From the NCBI GenBank assembly GCA_963811025.1, contig CAWEPX010000006.1, positions 50,897-114,896 on the forward strand: a stretch of 64,000 nucleotides of DNA. The letters are read 5' to 3'. A program made the translations under genes and the position numbers. The stretch comes from an uncultured delta proteobacterium. GTDB taxonomy: Bacteria > Desulfobacterota > Deferrimicrobia > Deferrimicrobiales > Deferrimicrobiaceae. A model generated the notes under the pieces. It did no database searches. It was not told where the DNA came from and saw only the letters and a program-made list of their open reading frames with translations. Positions 7,425 to 16,461 of the stretch are shown here, one piece after another; position 1 is the first letter of the stretch; each line of letters starts with the position of its first letter.

Positions 7425-9989
7425 TATCGCCAATCCATCTTTTTTCCCTTGGGGAGGATCTTCTTCACCTCTTCCTTGTTCTCTTCGAGGAACCGGTCCA
7501 TCTTCTGCCGGCTTTCGGTGGTCACCTCGAACATGTCTTCGGGGGACTTGATGATGTGCGGCGTCAGGAAGATCAGCAGGTTCGTCTTTTTCCGGCTGAC
7601 CGACGAAAACTTGAAGAGGTTCCCCAGGATCGGGATGCTTCCCAGCAGCGGGACCTTCGATTCGTTGTTGGTGACGGTCTCCTGCATCATCCCTCCCAGG
7701 ATCACCGTGTCCCCGCTTTTGACGAGCACGCTGGTGCTGGCGGACCGTTTCGTCGTCGTGGGGCCGACGGTAGAGGACGCCAGCAGGGTGTCTCCCTTGA
7801 CGGCGGACGACTCCTGGTAGATATCGAGGCTGACGAAATCGCTCTCGTTGATGCGCGGCGTGAAGCGGAGGATGATCCCGACGTCTTTCCGTTCGACCGT
7901 GTTGATCACGTTGGCGAGGTTCGTCGTGTCCCGCGACTGGCTGGTGATGAACGGGACGTTCTCGGCGACGATGATCTCCGCTTCCTTGTTGTCCAGGGTC
8001 AGCAGGTGCGGCGTGGACAGGATGTTGACGTTGTTGGCGGTCTGGGCCGCCCTCAGGACTGCCGTGATGGCGGGGATTTCCGTTCCGTCCGGCAGGGTGA
8101 CGTTTCCCGCGATCCCCGCCGCGAGCAAGCCGGTTCCGGAAAACAGGAGGGGGTTCCCGGTGGCCAGGGAGGCGAGCAGTTCATTGAGGTTTCCCGCGAA
8201 GTTGAAGTTCGTCCCTCCGAGCACGGCGCCGTCGTTATTGAGTCTCACCCGCCGCACGCGGAATTCGATCCCGAGGTCGCGCGCATTGTCCAGGTTGATT
8301 TCCATGATGAGGGCTTCCACGTACACCTGCCGGCGGCGGATGTCGAGTTTCTTGATGACGTCGACCAGCGTCTGGTAGTCGTTGAGCGAGGCGATGATGA
8401 TGAGGGAATTGGTGGCCTTGTCCGCCGTGATCTTCACCCCGCCCTCGAGCTCCGCGGCGATGACGCCCTTGATCGTGGCGCCCGGCCGCGGGGCCTGCGG
8501 GGTAGTGCCCGGACGTTGTTCGGTCAGCGACGCGAGGACCTTGGCGACCTCTTCCGCGTCCGCGTTCTCCAGGTAGTAGACGTTGATCCTTCCCGTGCCC
8601 GAAGGCGTCGGGACGTCCAGGCGGTTGATCAGGTCCTCGATTTCCGTCAACACGTCCTGCCCCGAGACGACGATCAGGATGTTCGTGCGGGTGTCGGGGA
8701 TGAACCTCGGGGTGTTTCCTCCGGACACTATCGGCCGGGTTACCCGGCCGCGGCGCGCCCGCGCCTGGGGTGCCGCGGTCTCCTTGTAGAGTTGGTCGAG
8801 GGTCTTGGCGATTTCCGTCACGGAGGCGTTCTTGAGCGGGAAGAGCTGCATCGTGCTTCCGGTACCCTCCTGGTCGATCTCCTGAAGAATCCGGAGGATC
8901 TTGTCGATGTTCGCCCGCGAATCGATGATGAGGAGCGTGTTGGAGGGGGGGAACGATGTGAGCAGTCCGTCCTTGGAGACCAGCGGGGTCAGCAGGGGGA
9001 CGATATCGGTGACATCGACATACTGCAGGGGAATCAGCCGGGTGATGATCCGGGAGTCGGGTCCGCCGTCCCCCTTTGTCTCGGTGGGAAGGTCTTCCTG
9101 CCTGACGTCCCGCATAGGGATGATCTTGATCGTGTTGCCCTGCTCCACGGTGGCGAATCCCTTCACGTGGAGGACCGACAGGAAAACGTTGTACGCCTCG
9201 TCGAGGGTTATCCGGCGGGGCGAGATGATCGTGATCTTGCCCTGGACGCGCTCGTCGAAGATGAAGTTCTTCTTCGTCTGCTCGCTGATGAATTTGATCA
9301 GTACGGGAAGGTCCACGTCGGTGAAGTCCATCGACAGGAAGACGGGAGGCAGACCGGATGCCCGGGGGGGTGGCGCCGCCTGCTTTTTGCCCTCGCCCGT
9401 GCCGGCACCGCCGCGCCTGGTTATCGGTCGCCGCCGCCGTCGTTCCCATCTGCGCTCCCCCGATGGAAAGCACAAGCCGGTTTCCTTCGAGACTGACGAG
9501 GAACGGCACCACCCGGTCCCCGGCCGGTTCCACTATCACTCGCAGCGTGTTGTCTATCTGGAACAGCCGGACCGTCTTCACCTGGGGGGTTCCCACCGGG
9601 ATCTCCGATGCCGCCGTGCCCCGGTCCACTCCCGAGATATCCACCATGATCCGGAACGGGTCGATCAGCTTGATCGAGTTGTAGTCCCCGATTTTCCCGT
9701 CGATCACCACCTCGACATTGGTGTAGTCGGGTGTGCTCGAGAAGGTGACGTCCCGGATTCTTCCTTCGAATACGGCCTGGTTGTCGGCCGCGGGGACGGG
9801 TTCCCCAAACCCGGCCGCGGCGGGAGCCTGGTTATCCACGAAAGCGGCCGCGGCGGGAGCCTGGTTATCAAGGGTTGCGGGCGCACTCCCCGGGGTGGGA
9901 AGATCCGCCGTTGCGTGCACACAGGCGGGGAACAGCGCGAAGAGTGCGGCGGCCAAGGCCATCATTCTCATGGTTCTCTCCCTGCTCAT
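7424..9989 (-). CDS. gspD: secretin GspD with an N-terminal AMIN domain (one apparent +1 frameshift somewhere in 9360-9425)
   Basis: ATG 9989 overlaps the gspC TGA (ATGA). Signal peptide MRMMALAAALFALFPACVHA. AMIN-like part ...VFEGRIRDVTFSSTPDYTNVEVVIDGKIGDYNSIKLIDPFRIMVDISGVD...LRVIVEP. After the frame change come LSMDFTDVDLPVLIKFISEQTKKNFIFDERVQGKITIIS (N0) and the secretin core ...VPLLGSIPILGNLFKFSSVSRKKTNLLIFLTPHII. Confidence 0.88.
9812..9869. repeat. two identical 25-nt copies (cggccgcggcgggagcctggttatc) at a 33-nt period inside the gspD linker
   Basis: Copies at 9812-9836 and 9845-9869. They encode DNQAPAAAAFV / DNQAPAAAGFG. A third degenerate DNQ unit lies just upstream (about 9785) and another TDNQA near 9420. 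Confidence 0.8.
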
Positions 9990-10894
9990 CGGATTTCGTA
10001 CGTGAGCGTGTCCTTCTTCCCCCGCCGGAGAATGTCGATCGTCACACGCTTTTCGTCCTTGAGGTTCTGGAAGATCGTGTACATCTTCTCGGGGCTGGTG
10101 AGTTCGACGTCGTTGATGCGCTGGATGACGTCCCCTCCCTGGAACCCCAGCTGCGCGAAGGCGGACCCGGGCCGCATGGCGGCGAGGCGGTACCCCGCCG
10201 ACTTGTTTGCCTCGAAAAAGGGGATGATCCGGACCTGCGTCATGAACTGGTTGATGTTCCCCGTCAGCTCGGTGACCGTCGCTTCGTCGAGAGAGTAGGC
10301 GTTCTCCCCGATCTTGTTCACGTGAATAGAGGAATTCGCGGAGGAAACCCTCGGGGTGACGGTCCGGGCAGCGCGTCTGGTCACCGGGGGCGACGACGTA
10401 CGAGTCACATTCCTCGTCGGGGAGCCGACGGGGAGGAGGTCCAGCTGTTCCTTTGCCTGCCCGCGCAGGATCCAGACGTGCTCCCGTTCGATACTCGCCA
10501 CCCGGACTCCCGGCTCGATTTCCGCATGCTCCCGGACCACGACCGGTTCCTTCATTCCTTCTGCCCACAGGATCGCGCGGCGGGTGGAGGGGGAGTCGGA
10601 GGAGATCGTTCCGAGCAGGACGTACGCGCTGGTGGAAGTCGTGACCGGTTCGGCGACCGTTCCGGCATACTGCGAGGGAATGTCCATGCCGCTCGACGGG
10701 GCGAAGATGTTCGTCCATTGTTCCGGGGGAGGTCCGGGTGGCCGCCCCTTCGGGGCCGCTTCTTTGCTGCGAGGCGGAGGGGCAGGGGGAGCGTAAAACC
10801 GTGTGGAGAGGTAACGGCTCGCGGAAAACCCGAGAGAGACGGCGGTGACAAGCAGGGATATCCCCACGATGGCGTAGAACGCCGATTTTTGCAT
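9986..10894 (-). CDS. gspC: type II secretion protein GspC (TM anchor, Pro-rich linker, C-terminal PDZ domain)
   Basis: MQKSAFYAIVGISLLVTAVSLGF TM helix, then PPAPPPRSKEAAPKGRPPGPPPE. PDZ-like C-terminus ...GYRLAAMRPGSAFAQLGFQGGDVIQRINDVELTSPEKMYTIFQNLKDEKRVTIDILRRGKKDTLTYEIR. First gene of the gsp operon. Confidence 0.8.
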   Translation of the reverse strand: MQKSAFYAIVGISLLVTAVSLGFSASRYLSTRFYAPPAPPPRSKEAAPKGRPPGPPPEQWTNIFAPSSGMDIPSQYAGTVAEPVTTSTSAYVLLGTISSDSPSTRRAILWAEGMKEPVVVREHAEIEPGVRVASIEREHVWILRGQAKEQLDLLPVGSPTRNVTRTSSPPVTRRAARTVTPRVSSANSSIHVNKIGENAYSLDEATVTELTGNINQFMTQVRIIPFFEANKSAGYRLAAMRPGSAFAQLGFQGGDVIQRINDVELTSPEKMYTIFQNLKDEKRVTIDILRRGKKDTLTYEIR

Positions 10895-11107
10895 TCCACC
10901 CTCATAACCTAGAGTAAACCAAACTATTCTCCTCCGAATCGGCGGATACAGTCAACCTTTGCCGCATCTGTCCAGGGCGTTCGGAAGGGTGGATCCGTCC
11001 GACCCGGACGCCCCTCCGGCAAAGGACCGGTTTCCTAAATAATAGTCGTTTTACCTGCCGATAAAAGGACAGGAGATCGTATATCACGTCGGGAAAGAGG
11101 AGACGAT

Positions 11108-13273
11108 ATGTTCGCGGAACTGGACCTTATCCTGGTGGTCGACGACGAGCAGTCGGGTTGCGACGAATTATCGCCGCTGTTCGGTCGGCTTGGATGCCGG
11201 ACCAAGACGGTTGCGTCCATAGAGGAAGCCTTGTCTGTTCTGAACGAAGAAATGGTGGCCGTGACGATGCTAGGCAACGGATTGCTCCGGATGGGCGGAC
11301 TCGAGCTTATGGCGAAACTGAGGAATGTTTCCCCGGACACCGAGGTCATCATCACGAACCGCAACTCCCTTCCTGATGCGGGGACCGATACGATCCGGGA
11401 AAAGGCCTACGATTATCTCAGGAAACCGTTCGAAGACCTCGAGGATGTCTTGGCCACCGTTCGGAGGGCTTTGGAGAAGAGGTCCCTTGCCCTGACGAGC
11501 CGGGATCTGCATCGCCAGCTGGAAACAAGCCGCCGGGAACTGTCGGCGGCCGTGAAGCGTCCCAAGGCCCTGATCGATGCGGGAAGGGCAATGGGGGGAA
11601 TCTGCGTCCTCTCCGACCTTCTCGACTTCTTCGTCGGCGTAGTGGCTGATGAACTGGAGGTCGACAGGGTCTCCCTGATGCTGATCGACGAGAAGACCCA
11701 GGAGATGTGGATTGTCGCCGCGCGCGGGCTGGATGAGAAGGTGAAAGAAAGGGTACGGATGACGGTGGGGACCGGAATCGCCGGGTGGGTTGCAAAGGAA
11801 GGGAAACCGGTACTGGTGAAGGATGTCGTTACGGACCCAAGGGTAAAGATGTCTCTCCATTCCACGGAAGCAGCCTCGTTCATCTCCGCTCCGATCGTAT
11901 TGAGCATTCCGATCCTGCTCCAGGAAAAAGTATTGGGAGTGATCAATGTGACGAACCGGCGCTCGGGCCAGTCGTTCGACGAAGAGGATATGGCATTTTT
12001 GTACAGCCTGGCGGGCCAGGCAGCCGTGGCGATCGAACGAACCATACAGTATGAAGAACTTCAGGAAGCCCACGAATCCCTGAAGGCCGCCCAGAAAAGC
12101 CTCGTGGATGCCGAGCGGTTGAACGCATTGGGACAGATGGCGGCGGGGGTGGCCCACGATTTCAACAATCTGCTTACGGGCATACTCGGAAGAGTCGAGC
12201 TCCTGCAGATGAAGATCGACACACAAGAAGCAGATCTTCCGTACCTTCAATCGCAGCTGGAAACGCTCCATAAACTTGCGCTTCAGGGGGCGGCAAACGT
12301 TCGGCGCATCCAGGAATTCTCGCGGATCCGGAAGGATTCCCCCTCCGAGCCCGTCGACATGAATTCCGTCTTGGACAATGCGGTGGAAGTGACCAGGGCA
12401 AAATGGGAAAAAGAATGTGAAACGAGAGGGGTTCACGTGGATGTGCGAATCGAGGGGGGACAGATTCCCACGATTCAGGGAAACGCCGCCGATCTCACAC
12501 AGGTGGTAAGCAACCTCATCTTCAACGCCGTGGATGCGATGCCCGAAGGGGGCCTACTGACCCTGAAGACATTCCTGGAGGAAAATACCATCATTCTTGA
12601 GGTGTCCGATACGGGGGACGGGATGAGCACGGAGGTCAAGGAAAAGCTGTTTCAGCCATTCTTCACCACCAAAAATAACGGGTATGGGCTGGGGACGAGC
12701 ATCGTATACGGAATCGTCGCCCGCCACGGGGGAGAGATCAAGGTCAGCAGCGAGGAAGGGATAGGGAGCACGTTCCGCCTGAGTCTTCCGGTCGCGAACG
12801 GGTCGGCGTTTGGCCAACCTGCCGAAAACGTTGCGCAAGAGGGAGAGAGCAGACCGGCGAAGGTACTCGTCGTGGAGGATAACGACATCAATCGGGAGTT
12901 GTTCAAAGGGTACCTCGCGGAAATGGGTCACGAAGCCGTCCTTGCCGCCGACGGAAAGGGGATCCTTACGATCCTGGAAAGGGAACCGTTCGACCTGGTC
13001 ATCACGGACCTGAGCATGCCGGGACTTTCCGGGTGGCAGGTGGCGGAACGGGTGAAAAAGCAGAATTCCCGTGTCCCGGTGATTCTCGTCAGCGGGTGGG
13101 CGATCCAGCAGGACGATGCCCGTATCAGGGAGTCCGGGGTTGATTTCCTCCTCCCGAAACCGTGTACGCTGCAGGGTTTCCAGGATGTGGTCAAAAAGGC
13201 GCTTTCCTCGTTCGGGGAAAAGGATACGGGCGGCATGGGTGGTAAGGGGATGGAAGAATCGGCAGTGACGTAA
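11108..13273 (+). CDS. hybrid sensor histidine kinase: degenerate N-terminal receiver, GAF, HisKA/HATPase, C-terminal receiver
   Basis: 721 aa. N-terminal REC-like LILVVDDE...LRKPF lacks an Asp in the beta3 region. GAF-like segment VSLMLIDEKTQEMWIVAARG...VINVTNR. H-box AHDFNNLLTGILGRVELL. G-boxes DTGDGM and GYGLGTSIVYGIV. C-terminal REC KVLVVEDNDINRE...DLVITDLSMPGLSG...LPKP. Confidence 0.88.
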   Translation: MFAELDLILVVDDEQSGCDELSPLFGRLGCRTKTVASIEEALSVLNEEMVAVTMLGNGLLRMGGLELMAKLRNVSPDTEVIITNRNSLPDAGTDTIREKAYDYLRKPFEDLEDVLATVRRALEKRSLALTSRDLHRQLETSRRELSAAVKRPKALIDAGRAMGGICVLSDLLDFFVGVVADELEVDRVSLMLIDEKTQEMWIVAARGLDEKVKERVRMTVGTGIAGWVAKEGKPVLVKDVVTDPRVKMSLHSTEAASFISAPIVLSIPILLQEKVLGVINVTNRRSGQSFDEEDMAFLYSLAGQAAVAIERTIQYEELQEAHESLKAAQKSLVDAERLNALGQMAAGVAHDFNNLLTGILGRVELLQMKIDTQEADLPYLQSQLETLHKLALQGAANVRRIQEFSRIRKDSPSEPVDMNSVLDNAVEVTRAKWEKECETRGVHVDVRIEGGQIPTIQGNAADLTQVVSNLIFNAVDAMPEGGLLTLKTFLEENTIILEVSDTGDGMSTEVKEKLFQPFFTTKNNGYGLGTSIVYGIVARHGGEIKVSSEEGIGSTFRLSLPVANGSAFGQPAENVAQEGESRPAKVLVVEDNDINRELFKGYLAEMGHEAVLAADGKGILTILEREPFDLVITDLSMPGLSGWQVAERVKKQNSRVPVILVSGWAIQQDDARIRESGVDFLLPKPCTLQGFQDVVKKALSSFGEKDTGGMGGKGMEESAVT

Positions 13274-13343
13274 AGGAGAGGCGGAAAGAATCGGCCCATC
13301 GGGGAAGGATCTTCGCGTACCGGGCCATATTCAAGACCGACCG

Positions 13344-13370
13344 AAAAAAAAGCCTCCTTTCGGAGGCTTT
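13344..13370 (-). terminator. rho-independent terminator: 7-bp GC-rich stem plus U8 on the minus strand; may also stop the plus-strand kinase gene
   Basis: aaaaaaaa-AGCCTCC-tttc-GGAGGCT-tt. Read on the minus strand, the hairpin is followed by eight T. On the plus strand only three T follow. Confidence 0.8.
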
Positions 13371-13497
13371 CCGACTCCACTGTGGGGCCTCATGATCTTC
13401 CGCATGGCAGCCGCCAGCTTCAGCCTGGGGGATACCTATAGTTGGCGGGACTATCTCCTTGGCTCGATCCTTTGCTCCTCGAGCTACTTGAAGTCCT

Positions 13498-13581
13498 TCA
13501 CCTATAGGCCACAAAGTAAGACAGAATCAAAATCAAGGTCATTAGCACTACCATTATTATGATGAACCTTCGATATGTCAT
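13498..13581 (-). CDS. 27-codon hydrophobic micro-ORF (single predicted TM helix); candidate small membrane protein or type I toxin-like peptide
   Basis: Manual translation MTYRRFIIIMVVLMTLILILSYFVAYR*. ATG 13581 is preceded by cagGGGGGGtaAGGGGGcc. AT-rich codons (ATA, ATT, TTG) contrast with the genome. About 125 nt downstream is the strong terminator at 13344-13370. Too short for the supplied ORF track. Confidence 0.45.
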   Translation of the reverse strand: MTYRRFIIIMVVLMTLILILSYFVAYR

Positions 13582-13843
13582 GGCCCCCTTACCCCCCTGT
13601 AAGTAGATTGTCCCTTTGTCGTCGCTCTCGCCTCCTTGTTGTTTTGTTTACGATAATGCGTCTTTCCGCAAACATCATCCCGCCGGGAAGGAGGAGGCCA
13701 GGAGCGGAGCTGCCTCCTCCGACTGGAGGTTTGCAGCATGAAGAACGGTCGATGAGTCGGTGGGGTTAGAAAAAATATCTATTTGGAATGTACCTATCCG
13801 GGTGAATCATTTCAAGTGATAGCCGGTTTGCCAGCAGGGTGCG

Positions 13844-14170
13844 TCAGGCCTCAAAATCTTCGCAAGAAATAATATCTTCCTCACCGCACAGTATCGGTAT
13901 CCCTTTCCCCACACCCCTATCCGTCGTGCAAATGTAATAGAGCCTCCAATTTTCTTCGTAGAGTATCGCCGCAACCTGCTCTCCGTTAGTTGGGTATATC
14001 ATTCCTACCTCTGCGAGAATCTCCTCTTGCTCTTCTCGGTGCGTGAGATTAAAAACTCTACGACTCGACAGGAATGCGCCGGTCTGTTTTTCAACAAAAT
14101 TTTTGATCGCCAAATAGACTTCTTCTTCGTCCGCCTTGCTTCCCGCTACGGGAATAAAAAACTTCCTCAT
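13844..14170 (-). CDS. 108-aa hypothetical protein in the AT-rich islet
   Basis: Clean ORF MRKFFIPVAGSKADEEEVYLAIKNFVEKQTGAFLSSRRVFNLTHREEQEEILAEVGMIYPTNGEQVAAILYEENWRLYYICTTDRGVGKGIPILCGEEDIISCEDFEA. G-rich SD (GGGGGG) before the ATG. About 48% G+C by my hand count of 13861-13980. I recognise no domain. Confidence 0.6.
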   Translation of the reverse strand: MRKFFIPVAGSKADEEEVYLAIKNFVEKQTGAFLSSRRVFNLTHREEQEEILAEVGMIYPTNGEQVAAILYEENWRLYYICTTDRGVGKGIPILCGEEDIISCEDFEA

Positions 14171-14420
14171 TACGCCCCCCCGTCAAAGAGATATGGAATT
14201 ATGTTTGGCATATCGGAACAGACAGGTAGGTGACAGATTCAGGACCCTTCCCGTATGTAGGAGACGTAAACGGGGAAAGGGCAACCGGGCGAGGCAGGGT
14301 ATGCCCCGCCCGGGGGCCGCGCCGCGGGGGGGGCTGGAGATCGTTGAACGTAGGGCAACCTCGACGCAATGCCCCTCATTTCTTGTGGGGAATGCTGTGG
14401 GGAATAGAAGGAAGAAGGAA

Positions 14421-14453
14421 AAGGGGAATCCGGCATTATCCCGAATTCCCCTT
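14421..14453 (-). terminator. rho-independent terminator of the tRNA-Gln/tRNA-Glu transcription unit
   Basis: Stem aaGGGGAAT (14421-14429) / ATTCCCCtt (14445-14453). On the minus strand the hairpin is followed by TTTTCCTTCTTCC. Lies immediately 3' of tRNA-Glu. Confidence 0.65.
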
Positions 14454-14461
14454 TGTTTAAT

Positions 14462-14537
14462 TGGTAGTCCCAGCGGGGTTCGAACCCGCGTTTTCGCCGT
14501 GAGAGGGCGGTGTCCTAGTCCACTAGACGATGGGACC
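14462..14537 (-). tRNA. tRNA-Glu (anticodon CUC), CCA encoded
   Basis: Manual cloverleaf: GGUCCCA UC GUCU AGUGGACUA GGAC A CCGCC CUCUCAC GGCGA AAAC GCGGG UUCGAAC CCCGC UGGGACU A CCA. 76 nt. It resembles E. coli tRNA-Glu in the D-arm, anticodon arm and T-arm. It has a G1:U72 pair and a C:A mismatch at the top of the anticodon stem. Confidence 0.88.
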
Positions 14538-14541
14538 GCAA

Positions 14542-14615
14542 TGGCTGAGGAGCCAGGATTCGAACCTGGAAAACCTGGTCCAGAGCCAGGCGTGATGCCG
14601 TTTCACTACTCCTCA
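14542..14615 (-). tRNA. tRNA-Gln (anticodon CUG), CCA encoded
   Basis: Manual cloverleaf: UGAGGAG UA GUGA AACGGCA UCAC G CCUGG CUCUGGA CCAGG UUUU CCAGG UUCGAAU CCUGG CUCCUCA G CCA. 74 nt. U1:A72 and discriminator G are typical of bacterial tRNA-Gln. Confidence 0.9.
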
Positions 14616-14626
14616 ACGGGAAAATC

Positions 14627-14656
14627 AGGGTACCCGAAGCGTTCTTCCTCCGTCAA
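14627..14656 (-). promoter_or_regulatory. putative sigma70-type promoter of the tRNA-Gln/tRNA-Glu unit
   Basis: Minus strand reads TTGACG (14656-14651), 18 nt, TACCCT (14632-14627). The tRNA-Gln 5' end lies 11 nt downstream. Confidence 0.45.
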
Positions 14657-14724
14657 GCGCGATTCCGTCGGAAGCGCGCAGGCCGCTCTTCTCCGGGGAG
14701 GCAAACCCGGTTTCCCGCCCCTTT

Positions 14725-14753
14725 TTGACTCGGTCACGGCGGCATGCTATTTG
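14725..14753 (+). promoter_or_regulatory. putative sigma70-type promoter of glnS, positioned for a leaderless or near-leaderless mRNA
   Basis: TTGACT (14725-14730), 17 nt, TATTTG (14748-14753). The glnS ATG is at 14761, with only tttacgc in between and no SD. Confidence 0.45.
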
Positions 14754-14760
14754 TTTACGC

Positions 14761-16457
<1,697 letters not shown>

Positions 16458-16461
<4 letters not shown>

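Noticed and set aside
7556-9496. Other long antisense or out-of-frame ORFs: 7556-9496 (+), 4774-6177 (-), 4893-6542 (+), 31715-33760 (-), 41424-42572 (-), 44290-45564 (-), 47900-49147 (-), 54971-56719 (-), 58090-59544 (-).
   Set aside because: All lie opposite to or overlap strongly conserved genes. All have the same R/P/G/D-rich composition and lack SD sequences and recognisable domains. They are GC-driven open frames, not genes.
1736-10894. The T2SS operon as a decayed, non-functional pseudogene cluster (6 frame breaks).
   Set aside because: The same kind and density of +1 breaks occurs in leuS, lysS, glyA, bamA, lpxA and lpxD, which cannot all be dead. There are no in-frame stops, deletions or IS insertions. 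Sequencing or assembly error is the more economical explanation.
13344-13500. Structured, terminator-ended RNA region next to tRNA genes. I considered SRP (4.5S) RNA, 6S RNA or tmRNA.
   Set aside because: Neither strand contains the SRP helix-8 consensus (…GGAAGCAGCC…-type) or other hallmark motifs I could recognise. The size and context fit a 3' UTR of the micro-ORF better. It needs an Rfam scan to be sure.
13290-14460. Integrative element inserted at the tRNA-Glu 3' end.
   Set aside because: There is no integrase, recombinase or excisionase ORF. I found no direct repeat of the tRNA-Glu 3' segment at the far edge of the AT-rich region. It is kept only as a compositional islet.
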